64,000 nucleotides of DNA from Patescibacteria group bacterium UBA2772 (GTDB lineage: Bacteria; Patescibacteriota; Minisyncoccia; Moranbacterales; DUUL01), in NCBI GenBank assembly GCA_002352545.1, contig DEIO01000009.1:46831-110830 (forward strand), written 5' to 3'. Both the position numbers and the translations under genes were made by a program. Positions 57,386-64,000 of the stretch are shown piece after piece. The notes beneath the pieces are model-generated. The model worked only from the letters and a program-made list of their open reading frames with translations. It did not search any database and was not told the origin of the DNA. The stretch's first letter is position 1. Each line of letters opens with the position of its first letter.

Positions 57386-58066
57386 CTATAAAACATTATA
57401 TTTTCTTAGAATATCTTCCAAACAAAGCATCGTTTCATCCTTACAATTGTATTGTTCTGAATTTCCACCAATAGACCTGAAACCCTCCACATTTTCTTTT
57501 TTATCATCTATAAACAAAGCATTCTCTGGACTCACTCCAACCCTTTCAAGCGCAATTAAATAAATCTCTTCTTCTGGCTTCTGAAAACCAACTTTAAAGG
57601 AAAGAATTTGTTGCCATGGTTCTTTGAAATATTTTTTTATAACAGACCTCTCTGAGAGTGCAAACTCCCAATGAATTTTTGATAGATTCGAAACAAACAA
57701 AACCTTGTAATTTTTTGTAATTTTTTGTAAAATTGTCTCTATCTCATTCTTATCTGAGAATATTGAACACAGTGCTAATTTTAAATCTTGTAATGTCATA
57801 TTCTTAATTCCAAGATTCCTTTTAATCTCTTCATAATATTCTTTTGTCGTAAGAATACCTCTTTCATACAAGCTATATGGTTTTTGATAAAATACAATAT
57901 CAACTATTTCTTCTGGCTCCTTATCAATATATTCCAATTTCTCATTTAAATACTTTGGAAATTCAAGAAGGTTATATTCAATTATTGTCTGCCCCAAATC
58001 AAACAAGACACATTTAATATTATTTTTCATTTTGATTTTATCTAATTTTACCTTATTATTAAACAT
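57386..58066 (-). CDS. HAD-IA family phosphatase (YihX-like)
   Basis: FDLGQT, VSN, KPEEEIY and FIDDKKENV. Confidence 0.9.
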   Translation of the reverse strand: MFNNKVKLDKIKMKNNIKCVLFDLGQTIIEYNLLEFPKYLNEKLEYIDKEPEEIVDIVFYQKPYSLYERGILTTKEYYEEIKRNLGIKNMTLQDLKLALCSIFSDKNEIETILQKITKNYKVLFVSNLSKIHWEFALSERSVIKKYFKEPWQQILSFKVGFQKPEEEIYLIALERVGVSPENALFIDDKKENVEGFRSIGGNSEQYNCKDETMLCLEDILRKYNVL

Positions 58067-58148
58067 AAAACCCTATTTTGCAAATCCTTCAAACTAATCG
58101 AAAAGTTATCTACTATTGACAAATTCAAATATTTCTATATATTAATTA

Positions 58149-58268
58149 GCGTAGTAGGGTAAGTTATTGTTGCTGGTAGATTTTTAACCCAGCCAGTTTT
58201 TAATTCGATGCAACAGTCCCTATCACAAGCGTCCAGCGAAGTATTACTTCGCTGGACGCATTTTGTTT
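58149..58268 (+). ncRNA. Candidate standalone small RNA of unknown family
   Basis: TTGACA (58116-58121) and TATATT (58138-58143) upstream; nested stems with G-U pairs on the plus strand; ends in a GC-rich perfect hairpin with a U-rich tail; no ORF. Confidence 0.55.
58229..58268 (+). terminator. Strong intrinsic terminator between two divergent genes
   Basis: GCGTCCAGCGAAGTA-T-TACTTCGCTGGACGC followed by ATTTTGTTT. Confidence 0.75.
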
Positions 58269-58398
58269 TATCAAGATTCAGGAAGCCTTTCTAAATACAT
58301 ATTTTTTCTGTAAACTATACAATACAGGATTTGCTTGTAAAAAAACTATAGAAGTTGTATCATTAGGCGTTTATTAACAAACTATCAATAATAGCAAT

Positions 58399-59670
58399 AT
58401 GAGAGAAGATAAAAAAGAGGAGTTAATATTCGACATTGCCGTTATTGGTGGTGGTGCGGCAGGCATGATGGCTGCAATTTGTGCAGCAAAACCAAATCTC
58501 AAAGTAGTTTTAATTGAGAAAAATCAAGAATTAGGCAAAAAATTACTTATCACTGGAAAAGGTCGTTGTAATATAACACAAGAAAATTTCACAAAAGATA
58601 ACTTACTAGATATCTTTGGCAAAAACGGTAAGTTTCTTTTTTCTTCATTAGCTAAATTCGACATTCAAGATACTAAGGACTTCTTTGGTGAAGAAAAAGT
58701 TGCATTAAAAACAGAAAGAGGTGGAAGAGTTTTCCCTAAGTCTGACTCTGCAGAAAATATTGTAACAGCACTAAGAAATAAACTTACAAAAAATAAGGTT
58801 ACTGTAATCAGAAATAATAAAATCAGCTCAATAAAAATAGAAGACAATGAAATAAAAAGTCTGTCCACGAAGAAAGGTCAGGTCATTGCCAAAAAATTCA
58901 TTCTTTGCACTGGAGGTAGATCATACGCAAGAACTGGGTCAACAGGAGATGGCTACACATGGGCAGAACAATTCAGTCACTCAGTTATAAAACCAAGACC
59001 AGCATTAACACCAATTAAAACTTATGATGAATGGCCAACTTTCCTCACAGGATTAACTTTAAAAAATGTTAAGTTAAGCGTGATTCAAAACCACAAAGAA
59101 GTAGACGAGAGATTTGGTGATATGCTTTTTACACATTTTGGACTAAGTGGGCCAATCGTACTAGATATAAGTAAGAAAGTTGGCGAACTTCTAGAAACTG
59201 GAAGAGTTCAACTTGCCGTTGATTTAAAACCAGCATTGAATTTCGACACTCTAGACAAAAGAATACAGAGAGATTTTCAAAAATATCAAAATAAACAATT
59301 TAAAAATTCTCTGAATGATTTGTTTCCACAAAAACTAATTCCCATTTTGATAAATTTTTCAAAAATTAGCCCTGAGAAAAAAGTAAATAAAATTTCTAAA
59401 AAAGAAAGACATTTCCTGGTCAACTTAGCAAAGCATCTAGTTATAAACATCACTGAATTAGTTGGATTTGAACAAGCAATTATCACATCTGGAGGTATCG
59501 ACCTTAAAGAGATTAATTCCCAAACAATGAATTCACGAAAAATATCAAATTTATATTTCGCTGGTGAAGTTATTGATCTAGATGGTCCTACTGGTGGATA
59601 CAACCTACAAATATGCTGGAGTACTGGTTATTTAGCAGGAACAAACGCTGCAAGATCAATAAACAAATAA
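58399..59670 (+). CDS. HI0933/YhiN(RdsA)/BaiN-family flavoprotein
   Basis: IGGGAAGMMAA, GKKLLITGKGRCNIT, GRVFP, LFTHFGLSGP and GEVIDLDGPTGGYNLQ. Confidence 0.93.
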   Translation: MREDKKEELIFDIAVIGGGAAGMMAAICAAKPNLKVVLIEKNQELGKKLLITGKGRCNITQENFTKDNLLDIFGKNGKFLFSSLAKFDIQDTKDFFGEEKVALKTERGGRVFPKSDSAENIVTALRNKLTKNKVTVIRNNKISSIKIEDNEIKSLSTKKGQVIAKKFILCTGGRSYARTGSTGDGYTWAEQFSHSVIKPRPALTPIKTYDEWPTFLTGLTLKNVKLSVIQNHKEVDERFGDMLFTHFGLSGPIVLDISKKVGELLETGRVQLAVDLKPALNFDTLDKRIQRDFQKYQNKQFKNSLNDLFPQKLIPILINFSKISPEKKVNKISKKERHFLVNLAKHLVINITELVGFEQAIITSGGIDLKEINSQTMNSRKISNLYFAGEVIDLDGPTGGYNLQICWSTGYLAGTNAARSINK

Positions 59671-59687
59671 CTTCTGATATTGTCTCT

Positions 59688-59717
59688 AAAAAACAGACCT
59701 CATTAGGTCTGTTTTTT
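59688..59717. terminator. Bidirectional terminator between the flavoprotein gene and nth
   Basis: AAAAAACAGACCT-CATT-AGGTCTGTTTTTT. Confidence 0.8.
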
Positions 59718-59742
59718 GATAATTCCTTACAGAATATAGAAA

Positions 59743-60402
59743 TTATCTTATACTATCAACGTCTTTAGTAAGAGGACAATTGTTGTGATCATGTTTTCTG
59801 GCAGGACAGTATTCTCTTCCATACTCAATTAATCTATGATTTAAATTCAACCATTCCGTCTGGGGAATGATCTTCATTAAATCTTTTTCTATCTTATTAG
59901 GATTATTCTCTTTTGTTAACCCATAAAGAAGAGAGAGTCTTTTGACATGAGTATCCACAGCGATTCCTTCAACCTTACCAAAACCATCACCAAGAACAAT
60001 ATTCGCTGTCTTCCTAGCAACACCTGGGAGCTTTAACAGATTTTCCATCCTATCAGGAACCTTACCATTAAAATCATTTTTGATAATTTTCACAGCTGCT
60101 AAAATATTCTTAGCTTTATTGTGATAAAAACCAGTTGAATGTATATCTTTTTCAAATTCCATTAAATCAGCATCAAGATAATCACCGAGATTTTTATATT
60201 TTTTAAAAAGTTTTTCAGTCACTTCGTTCACTTTTTTATCAGTGCATTGTGCTGACAAAATCACTGCTATAAGCAACTCTAGGTTATTAGAAAAATTTAG
60301 GGCAATTTTTGATTCTGGAAAAAGAATAGCTAGTTTATCGATTATAATCAAAGCCCTCTCTTTTCTTTTATTTAATTCTTCTTTAGAAATTTTCTTTTCC
60401 AT
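59743..60402 (-). CDS. nth: Endonuclease III
   Basis: LLIAVILSAQCTD, HhH LPGVARKTAN and AVDTHV. Confidence 0.95.
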   Translation of the reverse strand: MEKKISKEELNKRKERALIIIDKLAILFPESKIALNFSNNLELLIAVILSAQCTDKKVNEVTEKLFKKYKNLGDYLDADLMEFEKDIHSTGFYHNKAKNILAAVKIIKNDFNGKVPDRMENLLKLPGVARKTANIVLGDGFGKVEGIAVDTHVKRLSLLYGLTKENNPNKIEKDLMKIIPQTEWLNLNHRLIEYGREYCPARKHDHNNCPLTKDVDSIR

Positions 60403-60409
60403 AAATTTT

Positions 60410-61070
60410 TCAATTCTTTAACTCCTCAACACTAACAGCATCTTCTATACGATATTCGCCAACCCTTGTTCTTATTAGATTCTTTAAATACCCCCCCTGT
60501 TTCTAGTTTTTCTCCAAATTCTCTAGCCAAAAATCTGATATATACTCCTGGTCCAGTGACAACTTTTAACTCTAGTATTGGCCATTCATAAGAAATGATA
60601 TCAATTCTTTGAATAAAAACAAACCGTGGAGGTGGTGTGAATTTTTCACCTCTTCTTGCTTTCTTATATAGCCTTCTTCCCCTTCTCCGACTTTAGCAGC
60701 ACTATATACTAGTGTAATTTGTACAATCTCACCCAAAAACTCTTTCTTTACTCCTTCGATTTCCTCCAATGTAGGAATACTTTTTTACCTCAATTTCGGT
60801 TTTTACACCTTCTTCATCATCTGTAGTACTTGTCATTCCTAATTTAATCTCAGCTTGATATTCTTTTTCTTTTGCAACCATTTCTCCTATTTTTTTAGTG
60901 AATTCTCGTCCAACAGCAACAACCAAAAACGCCTTGCGCCAATGGGTCCAATGTACCAGCATGCCCAACTTTTTCTCTTTTCTTACCCCCCAAACTAAAC
61001 GTTTAGCTGCCCCTACTATTGCATAAGAACTTGGACCTTTTGGCTTATTTATAGCAAAAATACCTTTCAT
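60410..61070 (-). pseudogene. truB: tRNA pseudouridine(55) synthase TruB, disrupted by several frameshifts
   Basis: INKPKGPSS and KEY...LG..STTDD.EG in one frame; catalytic KVGHAGTLDPLAQG in a shifted frame; YSAAKV and GPGVYIR..LIRTRVG in further frames; stop at 60410. Confidence 0.8.
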
Positions 61071-61072
61071 AT

Positions 61073-61663
61073 CTATTGTGTTATTTTCATAAAACCTTTT
61101 CTTAAAACTTTAACTTTATCATCAATCAATTTAATAATAGTTGAAGGAGTTGAAGTTATTTCACCCCTATCAATATAAAAATCCATTTTGTCAATAAAGT
61201 AATGTTTAGCATCATTTATGTTTTTTGCGTATTCCTCGCCTTGTGGATTTGCACTAGTTGCAACCAAAGGTCCAGTTTCTTTTAAAAATTCTAAAAATAT
61301 TTGCTCCTTTGGAAATCTAAAAGCAATGTTTTTGTTCCCTCTGTGTAAATATGTAAACTTGTCTTGGGGACAATCCAAGACAACACTAATCTCACCAGGC
61401 CAATAATTCATCAGGATATCTTTTTGTTTAGAATTTAGGAAAATATCGAACTTCTCTAAATCGCTAAAACCGCCTATTACAACAATAAACGGTTTGTCTA
61501 GATCCCTATTACAAACATTATAGACTCTGTTTACAGCTTCTGATCTTTGAGTACCACAAATAACTCCATAGATTGTATCTGTAGGCACAACGCCAACTCC
61601 ACCTTTAAGAACATTTTCTATGATCTCTTTAGTAAATGATGTAAAAACAAGAATATTCTCCAT
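61073..61663 (-). CDS. tsaC: L-threonylcarbamoyladenylate synthase (TsaC/YrdC)
   Basis: PTDTIYG, WPG, ATSANPQG and PSTII. Confidence 0.92.
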   Translation of the reverse strand: MENILVFTSFTKEIIENVLKGGVGVVPTDTIYGVICGTQRSEAVNRVYNVCNRDLDKPFIVVIGGFSDLEKFDIFLNSKQKDILMNYWPGEISVVLDCPQDKFTYLHRGNKNIAFRFPKEQIFLEFLKETGPLVATSANPQGEEYAKNINDAKHYFIDKMDFYIDRGEITSTPSTIIKLIDDKVKVLRKGFMKITQ

Positions 61664-61728
61664 AATTAAAGTTGAATTTATGGTTCATTTTCACTTATTT
61701 TTAAACTTTTGGCAAGTCATTTTCTGCT

Positions 61729-62352
61729 CTACTCTAAACCTTCGTCTTCTTTTTTTACAAATTGTCTATTTGCTGGATTTTCCATTTTAATAGGTCTAAC
61801 GAGATCAGCATTCTGAGAATCAACTTTAACAAAATCACCAGAACCACCTGAATTATTAACCTGGTTGAGACCTCCAGGACCTTCAAAAATAACATCTTTA
61901 TCCGAAAAAGCTAAGTACCCAGGAATAATTAAATTTACCACTGGAACTATAGCTAAAGCTCCTACCCATTCTGGCTTCCTCATAGCCTTTGCTACATCCA
62001 TCCAAATCATTATTTGAACTATTATATTTACAATTGGTATAAACATTAAAATAATCCACCAAAGTGGTCTATTCGCGATCCTAAGCAGAAGAACAAAATG
62101 TAAAACAGGCACCCAGGCAAACCAGTCATCCGGAATGCTAACCTTTTTAGCCATTTTTTGAAAAGCAAATGCATAATACACGTACAAAATAACAAAAAAA
62201 GTAAAAAAAGTAATGAAAAATCCTGCACCCAAAAAAGCTGAGTTAAATAAACCATGATCAGACTCCATATAATTAGGATACCCCTCAACCTCTACGGATG
62301 TATCAAGGCTGCTTGATTCCATACCATTTTCTACACCATAACTATTTTCCAT
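61729..62352 (-). CDS. Membrane protein, DUF5684-like
   Basis: WFAWVPVL...IANRPLWWIIL..IPIVN...GYLAFS. Confidence 0.7.
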   Translation of the reverse strand: MENSYGVENGMESSSLDTSVEVEGYPNYMESDHGLFNSAFLGAGFFITFFTFFVILYVYYAFAFQKMAKKVSIPDDWFAWVPVLHFVLLLRIANRPLWWIILMFIPIVNIIVQIMIWMDVAKAMRKPEWVGALAIVPVVNLIIPGYLAFSDKDVIFEGPGGLNQVNNSGGSGDFVKVDSQNADLVRPIKMENPANRQFVKKEDEGLE

Positions 62353-62451
62353 CTTTTTATTTTTATTTTTACTACAAATATATAATAACATAAAAACTCA
62401 TCGGAGTCCTTATTTTATAAACAATAAAATTACTCACTTTTTTTACTTGTA

Positions 62452-62724
62452 CTATTTATCTTCCCAAAATTTCTCAGCTTCTTCTTCCATTTTCTCTAAA
62501 CGATCATAATAGTCTGGAAATTCATTTAGGTGTGCCAACGCAATCTTACCAGTTATCAAAGAATCATCATTTGAAACATTTGTCTTCACATCAACTAAAC
62601 CATGCTCCATTTCAATATCCATTCCTCGACGAAATTGGTCTATATCAAATTTCATCCAATCAAGTCCCAACTTCTCTCCAATTTCCTTAGCTTGCTCATT
62701 TGTGTAATATTTTTTATTACTCAT
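62452..62724 (-). CDS. DUF5661-like small protein
   Basis: QFRRGMDIEMEHG...KIALAHLNEFPDYYDRLEKME. Confidence 0.7.
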   Translation of the reverse strand: MSNKKYYTNEQAKEIGEKLGLDWMKFDIDQFRRGMDIEMEHGLVDVKTNVSNDDSLITGKIALAHLNEFPDYYDRLEKMEEEAEKFWEDK

Positions 62725-62743
62725 AGCTTCATTTTTTATATAA

Positions 62744-64000
62744 TTATATCCTTCCACGAAGACTCATTATCTCCTTGACCTTGTTAATTGAAGAAACAAA
62801 GGCCGCCGTATGATAATCTGTATTCAGTTTATTCTTAACTTGATATAAATCAGCAAAAGATTCTTTCATTCTATCTTCAATTTTTTCCAAAACCTCTGCC
62901 TTGCTCCACTTATCACCTGAGTTATTTTGAACCCATTCAAAATAGCTACCTACAACACCACCTGCATTAACTAATATCCCTGGAAGAAGAGTTATGTTTT
63001 TTGCAAGCAATTTTTCCTCTGCATCAAAAGTCACTGGACCATTAGCAAGCTCAAGAATAACCATCGCTTTGATTTCCGATGCATTTTTTTGACTTATCTG
63101 ATTCTCTAAAGCAGCTGGAATAAGAACTTCGACATCTAATTCTAAAAGTTGTTGGTTTGTAATTTTCTCACACTCAAACTTAGTATCCATTATAGTAATC
63201 GACTTATCTCTGGATTTTTTTTCCTCATACTCATTCAAAATCGACTTTATCTTTAAACCATTTGCGTTATAAATTCCACCACGAGAATCTGAAATAGCGA
63301 CAACTCTATAACCTTTTTTAGCCAAAATCCTCGCTGCATTTGAACCAGCATTGCCAACGCCTTGAATTGCAACTTTTAATTCACTTTGAGTTTTTCCAAA
63401 ATTATCCACTGTCTTTAGAAATTCCTCAAGTACAACAATACCACCGAATGAAGTTGCTATATCACGGCCAAAACTTCCACCAAAATTAGTTGGTTTTCCA
63501 GTAAAACTCTCTGGTACATAATTGTTGCTCAACAAACTATATTGATCAGCCATCCAAGCCATAACCTGACTGTTTGTATTTACATCAGGTGCTGGGATAT
63601 CTTTCTTTGAACCAATAATACTATAAATGCCATTAACATACGCCCGAGAAAGTCTTTCCAATTCAGCCTCAGATAAACTTCTGGGATCAACACTTATTCC
63701 TCCTTTAGCTCCTCCGTATGGTAAATTTACAACAGAGTTTTTTAATGTCATTAATATTGCCAATGCCTTCACTTCATTCAAGTCCGTATTAACATGGAAT
63801 CTAATTCCACCTTTGAACGGTCCATAAGCATCATTATGTTGGACTCGATATGCCTGAAAAACTTCAAGGTCACCATTATCACGTTTTAATACAAGCGAAA
63901 GCTGAACTATTCTCTGCGGATTCAAAATTACATTCTTAATTTGTTCTGGTAAATTAAGAACTTTACTCGCTCTTTCAATTCTCTTTAAAACATCTTGATA
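62744..64000 (-). CDS. gdhA: Glu/Leu/Phe/Val dehydrogenase (glutamate dehydrogenase), 5' end beyond the window
   Basis: GPFKGGIRF, GGAKGG, DIPAPDV, IQGVGNAG and NAGGVVGSYFEWVQN; frame stays open to 64000 (YQDVLKRIERAS...). Confidence 0.93.
   Translation of the reverse strand, partial: YQDVLKRIERASKVLNLPEQIKNVILNPQRIVQLSLVLKRDNGDLEVFQAYRVQHNDAYGPFKGGIRFHVNTDLNEVKALAILMTLKNSVVNLPYGGAKGGISVDPRSLSEAELERLSRAYVNGIYSIIGSKKDIPAPDVNTNSQVMAWMADQYSLLSNNYVPESFTGKPTNFGGSFGRDIATSFGGIVVLEEFLKTVDNFGKTQSELKVAIQGVGNAGSNAARILAKKGYRVVAISDSRGGIYNANGLKIKSILNEYEEKKSRDKSITIMDTKFECEKITNQQLLELDVEVLIPAALENQISQKNASEIKAMVILELANGPVTFDAEEKLLAKNITLLPGILVNAGGVVGSYFEWVQNNSGDKWSKAEVLEKIEDRMKESFADLYQVKNKLNTDYHTAAFVSSINKVKEIMSLRGRI

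Noticed and set aside
58149-58228. Purine riboswitch (minus-strand UCUACCAG) or SRP RNA
   Set aside because: The remaining purine-riboswitch junction and loop residues and the SRP GGAA/AGCAG signature are absent; G-U pairing favours the plus strand
2183-63827. Numerous 60-210 aa ORFs antisense to or nested within recognised genes (e.g. 5682-6323, 2183-2770, 37496-37924)
   Set aside because: Shadow frames of well-supported genes, with no recognisable motifs or independent expression signals
1-64000. Alternative genetic code (UGA=Gly, as in Gracilibacteria/Absconditabacteria)
   Set aside because: Conserved genes translate full-length in code 11, Gly-rich motifs are uninterrupted, and parB ends at TGA at the expected position

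Overview
AT-rich bacterial chromosomal segment, almost entirely minus-strand and translated with the standard bacterial code (TGA is a stop). Gene content points to Patescibacteria/CPR, probably Parcubacteria: no rpmD, Lys/Glu-tailed ribosomal proteins, and giant DUF2341/LamG and Cys-paired Ig-repeat surface proteins. This taxonomy is inference. Contents in order: a small AbrB-like gene and a fused type IIG/ISP-like restriction-modification gene beside tRNA-Gly; the S10-spc-secY ribosomal operon with rpsH and rpsN swapped; a 7xLamG surface protein divergent from a GT-C glycosyltransferase, dprA and topA; SPFH, ftsW, trmD and khpA; two tandem paralogous ~1280-aa secreted 13-repeat proteins ending in a shared WQE motif; secD with an inserted, apparently circularly permuted parvulin domain; rpsP, clpP, tig, ppaC, nusA, manC, rnhA, parAB, rplJL, rpmB; a CBS-ArsB/NhaD operon; an HI0933-family flavoprotein, nth, a multiply frameshifted truB, tsaC and a partial gdhA. 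The best leads are a candidate standalone ~115-nt ncRNA with its own promoter and terminator, the WQE-tailed adhesin pair, a 3x12-bp operator shared by the AbrB gene and a decayed paralog 47.6 kb away, and several unassigned structured leaders. No CRISPR array, integrase, transposase or reverse transcriptase was seen. All calls come from motif reading by eye, without database searches.
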